Under the pieces are notes generated by a model. The model ran no database searches. It saw only the letters and a program-made list of their open reading frames with translations, and was not told where the DNA came from. Source: Magallana gigas (Eukaryota). From it: 64,000 bases of DNA. A program made the position numbers and the translations under genes. This document shows positions 47,926 to 59,844 of the stretch, piece after piece. The stretch spans positions 38,068,001 to 38,132,000 of the forward strand of contig NC_088857.1 in the NCBI RefSeq assembly GCF_963853765.1. The letters are read 5' to 3'. Numbering within the stretch: the stretch's first letter is position 1; every line of letters begins with the position of its first letter.

Positions 47926-50900
47926 ATTAATTGTGGTTAAATGAGCACTAGAAATACTTGCTGAAAACATTATAATGGTGTTTTACAAAGTTATATTTAT
48001 TTGATTAATATCACACCCTATCTGTTTATGTGGGCGAGTCACGTTTTCAATCCAAAACAAAGCACGTGTGCCATCCTGGCGTGACAAGACATCGGTTTAT
48101 TAGATTTTATTTAAATCGTGATATCCAACTTCTAATATATTTCCATCCTTGATAAATGCTGTCTATCACTTACGTGTTGTGAGTCATCAATTATAAAGTA
48201 TTCTAATTGAATTTTTGAAGGTAACCAATGTTAGATAGTCCATTACGTTTACAAGTTTCACCATTTGCCACCAACCATTCTATTACAACTCTGGGGCTTT
48301 TTAAATTACTTTGCACACATGTCTCTTTCTAATTGAACTATCGACAAAGTCTAGCTCAATGTCACTACCTTGGTTTTAAAGTTTATGAATCTAGAAATTA
48401 CATGTATATTCTAACATAATTGTAAAATCTCAACCTGTTCTGATTTTGATAGTCAACTAATAAGAATCATAAACTTTAAGTTTAATATTTTTCATTTGGT
48501 AATGTTTAAATTGGACACGCAAAATATACTATTATAACAAGTGTCAAACACTTATCAGTATGGTATACATGTATCTACAATATAATTTTAGTTTATTTAT
48601 CTGTTTTTTAATATAATTTTGGCGGCTCTATGGTTCAGACAATTCTATATGTGACAATTATTTTTTTTTAAAATGTATAGAGCCTCAGTGAGTGTATAAA
48701 TGTGTTTTACTTATTCGTAAGTTTTTATCCGACTGTTACATCTGAACTACTAGTAAACGATAAGGATGGTCATACGGGATTGGATTGTTATCACTTCACA
48801 TTGACCTTATTACGATAGACCTAATTTTGATTTCAGTAAGGGAATATTTTAGTTACTAGTAGATCATATTTAGGCCATGCCATTCAATTCTGATTCGTAA
48901 GAGATTAATTTGTTTTTGCTTAATTACTGTTGTCTTTCATACTTTGACATACTAAGTTAAGTAATTCTTATTACTAGATAAAGCATTTCATTATCATCGA
49001 TATATTAAGGTAGTTTATGTTTGTTCCAGTGATAAAAAAAATTCCTTACACCTAAAGGCCTCGGTTTCACAATATACTATAACTTTTAACTAAAACTTTA
49101 TTTTTTAAAACTGTTTCCAAGAGATATTCTTAAAAGTAACTATGCTGTGTCTAAAGCATTTGAGCAAACATGACTGCCCGCAATTTTTCATGACGTGTGT
49201 TTGTTCTTAACGCATACCTTGAATATAGTTTTTGTTTGAAAACCGGTATAATATTGTACATATTTGCACAAGCGGCCAAAATCTTGACCATTAATGATAA
49301 AATCATTATCAAACTACCCTAGCTGTTCATTAATGATGCAATTTGAAAACTATATCAAGGGTACGTTTTCTACAGGTTACGTTTTATCCAGAGATGTATT
49401 TGTTTGCTACAACTAAAACTGGTCCAGGATATCTTCAGCATCTACTTGCTATTTGGCAAGTAGAAAAGGGATCTACCGGAGATCTCCATATTGAGAGGCA
49501 AATTATGATTACGTTTGCAGTTCTCCAATCGACCAAACGAATACAGCCCATGATACGATTTTTGCTGATATCTCTTTTATCCCTACCTAGCGTCAATTCA
49601 TTGTATGACTGTTGGTTTTGCATCGCTGATCGTTTGTTTTGCATTTGTGTCTGCTGATTTTGCAAAAGAGGCTGCTGTTTTTGTTTTAAGCTAGACTAAG
49701 TCCGTTTTGTATTTTAGCATGTTTTTAAAAATTAGTCGTTCGATTTGCACTAATGTCTTTTTTTATCCCTTCTGTCGCCCATTTAGGCGCATACATGTAC
49801 ATAACAATGATGGAGCAATCGCATTCGAACGTAAATACAAAATTGTCATCATTTAATACATCTATTGAGAGTATATTGGGTTCTGGGTGTGAACTATGAG
49901 GACAACGCCTAGGAAGTGATTTAGAACGTATATATTTAGATTTCTTTATCAGGTGTTAAGAAAATGTAACATCTTTGATAGTTTATTTTGAATTGAGACG
50001 TAAACAATTACAATTGAACATAAAATACAATATGCTGAAATATTTATTGAAATAAAGAGTTTTGAGAATTGTATCTAAGACAATTTCTACCAAGATATGT
50101 TAAATGTATGTGAAACTAAGATAGTTTCTACTTGTTGGCTGTCTTATATAAAAGATTTATTAATTATTTGGGTTTTGGATACATATGGAACTGTAAAGAA
50201 TTTAATGAACATTAGTGTTTATGAGTACTTATTTAAACAATATTTTATTATGCACTTTGCGAGTACTTAAAGTGAAACAGAGGTTGACCAATATATTTAT
50301 GCAAGAAGAATAAAGCTTTGGGTAACACCGTTAGATTTTAAGTTTATTCAATGAAACAAGAGATTTTGTAAATTATGTTCACTATCACAGATTCAAGATG
50401 ATTTTTATTTTATTTAAATCTGTCCATTTTATAGAGATATTATGTCAACAAATATTATTATGAAACCCTTCTGCCTTAAACCTGTTTAATTATTGTCAAC
50501 ACAGAAGATTAAAGTTATGCAATTTGGGCAAATACCTGTACTAGTGCTTAAAATTATGATAGAAAAATATATAATTTTTGTTTTGTTTTGAGAATATCCT
50601 TGGCATTATCATGCTTACTAAAACAAATATAATATATGTTATGCCCATGCATTTTATCATTGTCGTTATAATACATTACCATTCAACAGACTAATTTAGA
50701 ATTGTTTTAATTTACATCCTGTTTACTATATGTATTACAATTATTATTTCCATTTTATCATTGTCGTTATAATACTTTATTATCCTGCAGATTAATTTTT
50801 TCATTATTGGTAAAACTCAACCCACTATACTGAACCACCAATCACAAAGCATAATGCAGTATAAGACCATCCACAAAATAATGCAATAATACATGTGTCA

Positions 50901-51293
50901 CCAGGGGTCAACGATATCCTTATTTTGCGTTTTTATTTTTTATACCATTAGTGGAAGTAAATTTTCAAATTTGACCATTAGTGATATGTTTTAAATGGTA
51001 TCGTTAATGGACGGCTCTTAATTTTGTTAATGATAAATTAATATCATTGATGGGAAAGATTCTCTCACTATTGCAACTATGTCATATTAGTTGATACAGT
51101 GTCGTTTGGGGTTACTACAGTGGTACATCGTAAATGCATGGGGAGCTATTTAGTGATTTTATTTAGATGAACTGAATCATAAATTATGACAGTTAACATT
51201 TACCTATTTTTACATTCAATGTATATTTCCCATTATGTTTGCATTGGAAATCTGTGATATTCAATTTTCTATGAATACACATTGCCAATGCAT

Positions 51294-52068
51294 GCGCCAT
51301 GGGCACAAATATAAACGTCTTCACTTGTTTTGAGTATATTTATTTATGTAAGATTAAATGAAACTTTGAATCTTACAGAACCAATTTGATGTGTACTTTT
51401 GAAAAACAATCATTAATTTATATTTACTCTTGAATAAAAAAGTGTTTTCTCCACAAAGTTTTTGGCACTATATGTTTTGTCGCAGAAGCTATCTAAAAAC
51501 ATGTTAATATGGCTGTTCCATGTATGTTTCATATCCCTGACTAAGAGCGTAAATAATGGCTTTATAGCGGCGATACATAATATATTATACAAGTAGACAT
51601 CAGTATGAAAATATTATCTAAAATATAAGCGTTATATGCATAGATGAAAACACTTTGCTAATTCCTGCGCCAAAAGCACAAATATAAACGTCACCATGTG
51701 TTTTGAGTATATTTGTTTTTGTAAGATTAAATGAAATTTTGAATCTTACATAACCAATTTGATATGTACTTTTGAAAAACAATCATTAAATTATATCTAC
51801 TCCTTAAATAAAAAGATTTTTTATATGAAATATATGTGTATCGTCGCTGTAAAGCCATTATGAACTCTCAGTCTGGGGTATGAAACATACATGGAACAGC
51901 CATATTAATATATTATTTAGTACACTTCCACAGCTAAAAATATAGTACCAGAAACTTTTGAGAGTCTGGGGTAAGCGAGACTAAATAGGAATCGGACCAG
52001 ACTCTCGCACGAGGCAAGTCTCGAGAGCGAGAGTCTGGGGTAAGCGAGACTACTGGTACTATATTTTT
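51294..52068. repeat. Complex direct + inverted duplication
   Basis: A 51294-51441 / A' 51667-51815 direct; B 51455-51585 / B' 51830-51959 inverted; 23-bp direct repeat 51961-51983 / 52030-52052; 16-bp inverted repeat 51936-51951 / 52053-52068. Confidence 0.8.
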
Positions 52069-52123
52069 TTTTTAAAGTTTATATTTGGATTTAAATGAAA
52101 GCGTGTCATATATATATAAGGGG

Positions 52124-52124
<1 letters not shown>

Positions 52125-52194
<70 letters not shown>
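52125..52194. repeat. (TA)n microsatellite inside a 16-bp inverted repeat
   Basis: Flanked by ATTTAAATGAAAGCGT (52089-52104) and ACGCTTTCATTTAAAT (52197-52212). Confidence 0.92.
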
Positions 52195-52197
<3 letters not shown>

Positions 52198-52442
52198 CGC
52201 TTTCATTTAAATACAACTAAGTACTGATTTGTTTTCGTAGCAATATCACCATCTTCATCTTTTTGGGTCCATGTAAAAACTATTAATCATGTTAATTATT
52301 CAAATTATTAGCTTTTTCCTTAATCGGTTTTGTTCTTTTTCTTTATTTAACTTCCACTAGACTTTGACCAGTCCGTGCACGGGTTGACGTTGCATTTCTG
52401 ACATTTACGAAATAGGTACATCGACACACCGTATTATTGACA

Positions 52443-52733
52443 TATATTTACATTTTCCAGTGTCTTTGCCTGCGATAACACTACGTATCGATTTTGTACT
52501 ATATAACCCATAATACAAATGACGCCAAATTGAGGCGCCAGCGGGGTTTACTTATTTAAAAAAATAAATATTTAATCGTAAGATGGCTTAAAATTATATA
52601 AATATAAGTAATAAGGAATCATTCTTTGAATATTATGTGGTGATAATTTCGGTCGGGGCTTTATTGGATTTGATCACGCCCCGACCGAAATTATCACCTC
52701 ATAATACTCAAAGAATGATTCCTTATTCCTTAT
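52443..52733. mobile_element. Dispersed repeat ending in a long palindrome, copy B
   Basis: 52443-52609 matches 58541-58699; palindrome at 52610-52727; CCTTAT duplicated at the end. Superfamily not assignable. Confidence 0.75.
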
Positions 52734-53097
52734 TGACATAACAAAGCTATATTTACCAAGCATAATTTCCTCTGTTTCTTACGGAAACTTATAGTTAATT
52801 CATAGCTCTATTGAAACAGCCAGACTGAAATCTACACACCCTATTTATCTACAGCGGCTGAAAGTGACAGGACTGAAATTGACACGCCCTGTTTATCGAT
52901 TGGTCTGAACCTACAGCGACCTTAGTAAAATCCCGGACTGCATGAAATAATCATGACGATGCCAGACTCAAAGTCTCACAGGAGACGATTTGGCTGTTTC
53001 TTTTAGCTAACGTACTTTTGTACATTAACAGTAATTTAGTGAATTTTACTAACTTTTCATAATCAGCTTATTAATAGGTAAAGAAAGATGTTAATAT

Positions 53098-53240
53098 AAA
53101 CAATAAAATGCTTTCTTTGATGATTCATGCGGGTTATGAAGGTAGCGACCATTGCAGGCTAACGCGGGTTATGTATTTTTCCTGCAACTTCGCTACCTTC
53201 ATATCCCGAATGAATCACCAAAGAAAGCATTTTATTGTTT
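53098..53240. repeat. Second palindromic/foldback element
   Basis: About 50-bp arms AAACAATAAAATGCTTTCTTTG(A/G)TGATTCAT(G/T)CGGG(T/A)TATGAAGGTAGCGA, 3 mismatches. Confidence 0.85.
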
Positions 53241-54663
53241 AAATAAGCCTAGAATAATGCTATTAATTTCACTACACTTTCCTTAGTTTGAATAATCTAA
53301 CCGTGTCTCGGGAAAGGCCCTCACCACAGTTAGAATGCCTCCCAAATACCCGTAATGTAGCAGAAAATTTCAAAATCGCTCAGGAACGATTTTGGAGAAA
53401 ATTAATGAAGTTGCATTGAAAAAAAAATCAGGCAAATTCATCATAATAAACCTTTTTGATATTGTAAATACCTTTCATATAAAAATTTTAATCCATATAA
53501 TGGAAGAATTTAACAACTTTTCATCAACGTACACGTATTTTTCTTTGCTAAAGAGACAATACACGGAACGCATTCTATCGTAAAACTGGGTCTGTAGGAC
53601 ATAATTCATTTTACGATAAAACATATTCTATCTTCACTCTCCTAAGAAATATAATGTGATTTTTTTTGCATGTAATCAAATATATTTTGTCATCACGATA
53701 ACAAAAGTAAGTATATGAATTGTACTTAGTTGAAAAGTATTTTGTTATTTTATACTTTTATACTCTCATAAGAAATCATTAATATAGATGAACAGAATAT
53801 AATAGAAAATTTCCCATGAAAATTTACCCGTAACGGTATTTGTATTTTCATTTCTGAGTTTATTCATGCAAATATGATATTGTGGAAACATAAACTAAAG
53901 ATCTTGTTAGCGTGAAAGAATTGCGCAAGCGCAAAATTGTAAAATCCAAAAAATCCTGATGATTTCCGGGATTTTTTGAGGAATTTTCGTTGATTATTAA
54001 TTAGCGAAGCTTAACTGAGAAAAAATAAAAACAAATTGGTAATCTTCTAGTACCAATGATGTTTAAAATATATAAAACAAAAGACAGTATTCTTCCGATT
54101 TATCGGTATTAAAGACCAAAAATTCGAGTCTATTATTTTAATATAGAAGTATAGATTAGTTTTTACATTCATGATTATTTATGTGGCCTTTTACAGGGCC
54201 AATCTTCCCTACAAACTTCACTACGAATTATCTTACTAGTACAACTTAATTAACAGCAACCCCCAATTAGCAAGTTAATTCGTTCGCGTTATCTTTCAGC
54301 AATTCTTTACAGACCGTCCGCTGCGTCGGACGTGATTTTTCTTTTTCTTTTTCGGGCTCGAAATCTTAAATACAAAGATGAAGCTGCCACGTTTTGATCC
54401 GGTGTCTATACATTATCTAGTTTTGATATATTATTTAGTTTGTAGCTTAGTGCTAGTTTTGTAGATGTTTTTCTTCTTTCTTATGTAGTTTTTATTTTGT
54501 GTTGTCCTGAAGAAGGGACGGGTTGTCCCGAAAATTTGACAATATTTTACTTTATTGTTCGTGTCGTTGGTTATTTTTAGTGCTTTTTTATATCTCATCT
54601 TATAACCGTGTATCTTTTGATCCGACACTTTAGATAACGAGTGTTGTTGGTTTGCTAGTGCTT

Positions 54664-54665
<2 letters not shown>

Positions 54666-54752
<87 letters not shown>
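54666..54752. repeat. (TA)n microsatellite
   Basis: Uninterrupted run. Confidence 0.98.
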
Positions 54753-54755
<3 letters not shown>

Positions 54756-57700
54756 CAACTTTTTTTTTTTTAAAGTTACTCAAAACTGCAGATTATGTAC
54801 AAGTATATTGTTTCAACGCATACCTAAATAGATCATTTTCCTAGTCTATTTCGTATTATTCATCGTAAATTATAAATAAGAATGGTTGACAGTGCTAATT
54901 ATTATAAAAACAATCTGATATTCTCAAAAGGCAAGTTATCTCTCTTTCTTTGATCACAGTTCGTATGATAGTATGTGTAAAAATACATTAAAAATCTAGA
55001 TATGATTTTTTTATTCAAAAATGGTCGAATTATAGAAGCTAAAACAATTGTACCATAGAATATTTGCAGTTCTTTAACCTTTCATAAATTGCCACACTGC
55101 TTGATTTGGTTTTCAAAACTAAACGTTTAAACCAAATTGAATATTTTTTTTTTAAATGATAACATTTAAATGATAACGTTTAATGTTGTCGTGATTCTGT
55201 GATAAGAACTTGTGCCTTAATTACGAGACAATAGTCATAATAAAGATTTTTTATCGTGCTTTTTTATTAATTATGTTATATCGTAATTACGATTTTCTTT
55301 TCTTTTCTTTTTTTTTTTTTTTGGGGGGGGGGGGGTCTGTAGTTACAAAATAGTAAAAACAGTCTCGTTTCTAGTTATGAAGAGATATTTTTTGCGTATG
55401 TTTTTTTTCTTTTCTTCTTAATCCATCAACACTAATTTAGGCTTTGAATATGACCAAATTCATATTTGCTCATACTATACGATGTCCTCCTTCCATTATG
55501 TTCTCCTTTGTTTATGCTGATAGTTGGTCTCATGCTCATACTGTAATATATATTACATTACTTTGACATTTTTATGATGATGAGTTGTCATTATATATAT
55601 GTATATTATTAATATTATTAATAAGACGATGTATCAGCGCAAAATGGAGAAGTATGAACATAACACTTGGTGTACACCTAAAATGACAAGGCATAAACAT
55701 GTAAAGGCGAACTTAAACACTAAAAATTAAAAAAAAGGTTCATGGATGAAATCCTTATACCTGTCATGCTAATTTACATTTTAATGTTATGGCCTTCAAA
55801 TGGGAGGTTCTGTAGAGTCAGTTCAAAATAGTAAAATAGTGTTAAAGTGTAATTATATATACAGTTTAAAAATCTCTCTTAAATTCTGACAGATTATAAT
55901 GTCAAAGTTAAATAAGATTTTTTTCTCCTCCTTCGCCCCCCAGCAGCAGTTTTACTGTCTAGTTTTGCTCATTTATACATTCTCTTTCAAAAAACAATTT
56001 TTTAATCAATATTTAATATTTGTACTCAAAATAAACAGCTGTGACAACACAATGATTCAGTTACAGCATGTATATTAATCCTATAGGGCCCAACAGACGT
56101 CAAATCATGAGAAAATGTTACTCTTTCTTTAGGGCTCATACAGATACATTTATCATATGAAACTTAGACAAAATAATTTATTTCGTGTTGATGTAGCATA
56201 ATTATGACCATGATTGATTATTATTCATTTCCCCGAATCTAGTGTTTTTATATAATTTATTGCAAAGAACAACCAATTTACCTGTTTGAAAAAACCCCCA
56301 CCAAACAAGTCATGAAATGCACAGAAACCCAAGGTTTGTGTTTTAATTACTATAATAGTTTGATTGACTGAACATTATTTATTCTAAAACTGTTATTAAA
56401 CAAATTCTACAACTTATCGTAATATGTGTCTTTTTTTTATTATTGATCTTGTCCATTCAGGGACAGAAAAGACCGGACATAACCTTTTTCAATACTTTTG
56501 CAGTCCTGCTAATATAAGATATTTTGGATGAGGCGGATCTTATAACTTCATGAGAACATCAGGAAAAATATATTGAACTGGTCATGACCGTGACAAAAAT
56601 ATGTTGTTGACAATACCTGTGCAGTATGGTCATGAACACGACCTAAATTATCAGATAAACTTATCTTGTATGTGTATAGTAAAATGAAAATACACAGGCG
56701 AGATCTTGACATTTGTTTTTTACTTCTCGCTGCAACGTTTACTGTTGCAGTGAACTACTTTCTTCTTCCCAGCTGTTACACCTGTATCGGTGTAATTAAG
56801 CGTCATCTAGTAACAGGTAAGTAATCGTTGTTGTTTTATTTTCCGAGGACGTTGGATATTTTTAAGCCATCCTGTATTTATTTATTTACACCTTTATCAT
56901 TTTCCGGAATTCCCTTATGTCAAAGCTGATGATGGGCAACAAATGCTGGTAAGGGTTTCATTAGCTATGTGTACGTACGCCATAGAGACGTACGTCTCTA
57001 AGTGGAGTTAATAGGTATTTGCCAATAATAGGTAGTTTAGTCACTAATTAGGGCCGAGAAACTATGGTTTACCTTTGATTTTATAAAATTATTAATTTGA
57101 ATACGATCAATTGAGGCCACCTGTTTCAGTTAGGTTAGTTTATTATACTTACGGAAGTTGAGTTGGGATTGTTTTAGATATGGTGTGATTCTGTTGTAGA
57201 TATCAATGTATGATAACACAACTTAGGCCTATTCACATAAGTTGGCGCTCGTGAGCATGAATTTTGCAAGAGATATATTCTGTTTGATCCCTTTATCATA
57301 ACGCACTGGACCTTTATGATATAGTAGTTGAGTCATTATAACATCCTTTTCCTCAAAATACGATAGTTTTAAATTTCCTTTGCAGTAAATCGTCTATAAG
57401 CAATTTAGGACATTTCCTTAAACTTTGGAAACACTATTCTCTTTTGAGAACTGGACAAGCAAAGCCTTTGTAGTCTTGGATGAAGGCTATGGATGAAGGC
57501 TATGCCTGACCACTTCTCAAAAGAGAATATAAAAACCCTGTGTTAGGTCTCATGTTTTCTTTTTCTCACGTTAATTTCGTCATATTTATTATGACGACTT
57601 AATTATTTAATGGTAATTTCCATTATCATAAAGAGTATGGAACCTTCACAAATCCTGTTTTTATTTTTGAAGATATAATTAAAAGACAAAAGGACATCAT

Positions 57701-58540
57701 GGAGATGATAAAAAGGCAATGACTTTTAAAGTTATTTTATGATGTTTCATATGCATGTTTGACATGACAAAAATTGTTTATGAATTGAGTCTTATCATGA
57801 AATTCAAAACAATTTTTAATTCAAACTTGATATATGTTTTAAACAAAATCTCTACAGTGCAACGCGTTTGAAATAGCATAAAGCATTTTGGTTTATTAAG
57901 CTTGGGTCATCTTTAGCGCCAAGTTGTGTCATATCTAAGGTTGGTGCAATGGGAACTTTCTATTTCAACCTTTAAACTTCCCTAAGACTTCCTGGAGTTT
58001 CAATTTAAGCCACCACCACCCCCCCCCCCCCCCGATTGAGTTTGCATCTGACTGTGATTAACAGAATGACAGATTAAAAGTGCAAATCTATACTCAAAGG
58101 GCTAATTCTAGCTTATTGAAGAAAACGAAATGACATAGGCCTGTTGTTTAAATCATTTTGAACCAGCAAAATCAAAAGAAATACATCCTTTCAAAAATAA
58201 CACAAGGACTTTCGTGAACTTAAGGCGATAACAATAACAAAAACAGCTTATACGTGTACATGTATATATAGACATTGAATAATAAATTACGCCATCAAGC
58301 TAAACAAAACTACATTGTTTGATGTTAAAAAGCAGGAAGCTGTAAAATATCTGTCAGCTTGTCTGAAAGACTCGCCAAGTAAATGATCTACTTTGAAAAG
58401 AAGGCATAACAAATATTCTGTTCCGTACCAAACTCCCTTATTATTTGAAACCAACCGTTTATCATTAAGTTTAATGTTTATTGCATCGAGATCGGCCAAT
58501 CTTTATGCTTGCATTTTAATATTAAATGTACCTATACGAG

Positions 58541-58822
58541 TATATTTACATTTTCCAGTGTCTTTGCCTGTGATAACACTACATATCGATTTTGTACTAT
58601 ATAGCTCATAAAGCCAAATTGAGGCGCCAGCGGGGTTTGCTTATTTATATTTAAATATTCAATCGTACGATGGTTTTATTAAATTGTATAAATATAAGTA
58701 ATAAGGAATCATTCTTTGAATATTATGAGGTGATAATTTCGGTCGGGGCGTGATCAAATCTATCATAAAGCCCTTTGAAATGATCACTCATAATACTCAA
58801 AGAATGATTCCTTATTCCTTAT
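58541..58822. mobile_element. Dispersed repeat ending in a long palindrome, copy C
   Basis: Same orientation and sequence as 52443-52733; palindrome at 58700-58816. Confidence 0.75.
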
Positions 58823-59793
58823 ATACAAACTGAATAAACGAAATCTAGAATTTTTGATTTTTCAAGAAGTTGACAAAACAAAACACACAAATTGCATGTC
58901 TTAACATCGCATACATGTACATGGTGCAATGGCTCTTGGAGTGATCACGTGACAAAATAACGTTTCAAAAGACTAGTTCAATAAGTTCGAAAGCTTTAAA
59001 TTGGTGCCCCAAAAAACTAAAAGTCTTAATTTGTGAATTTTGTGTCGTTTCCTTTTAAACTGATTAGATTTGCTGTTAGTTTTTATGTGTGGAAATAACA
59101 AAGAGAAACGAAGAGGATTCCCCTAACACAAATTTGCTTGATGGGAATTAAAGTCTCGAGGTTGAGTTGCAACGATCGAGTTTGCGAGCGTTTCTAAGAT
59201 TAAGCGTATTGAATGATTTCATCATCAGAGTGATTTTTGAAAAGTCGGACAGACTTTGTGTATATCGTAAGTTAAAATCATTGATTTGGTACGCTTGAAA
59301 TTCATTCTGAATGATATTCCTGTACAAGAGAACCGTTGTCTACAAACGATATTGGTTAATGGCAAGAATGAACTCCGGGGGTGAATCTGTGCAATCATAT
59401 CAACAAATTGTTATATTTATAGGTCATTTATTAATCATTTTATTTGCTGGTGTCATCTAACTGTTTGATTAGATAAGAACTATTTAATCCAAGATGAAAT
59501 AGAACAAGTAATAGATAAAAACAATGTGCGTGTATAATATGATTAAAATACTCCATTATGGAACAGTTCAATATTTGTTCAGCAAGTGTTGAATCCTCGA
59601 GAGTATACACGTGCATATTTATTTATACAAGAATTAATATCTGTTCCGGTTTCTGGGGTTCGGGTGGAAAGAAGAACAGTGCGAATACTAGCAGTCTAAA
59701 ATTGGCAGAGCTCAACTAGTGTGTGGCTTTTATATATCACGAGTTTCCGATGAACCAAGTCAAGGGACTATAGAATTTTTTTATCCTTATTGA

Positions 59794-59828
59794 TATAAAA
59801 AGTGTTATTATTCAGTACATTTCATTAC
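59794..59828 (+). promoter_or_regulatory. Putative TATA box and initiator for the EF-hand gene
   Basis: TATAAAA at 59794-59800; Inr-like TCATT with its A at 59824 (30 nt downstream); ATG at 59845. Confidence 0.4.
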
Positions 59829-59844
59829 TCTCTTTCGGTACAAG

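Noticed and set aside
49343-49665. Overlapping ORFs, one Gln-rich with a DKR dibasic site
   Set aside because: No signal peptide, convincing splice structure or recognisable domain; probably a decayed repeat or coding fragment.
51961-52052. 23-bp direct repeats with a 46-bp spacer, superficially CRISPR-like
   Set aside because: Only two repeats, eukaryotic context, no cas genes; the spacer contains an inverted copy of part of the repeat.
44500-59700. Search for protein-coding genes, tRNA or rRNA in the long gene-poor interval
   Set aside because: No phase-consistent exon chains or structured-RNA signatures were recognised; the short ORFs in the track are AT-rich noise. Small exons could have been missed by eye.
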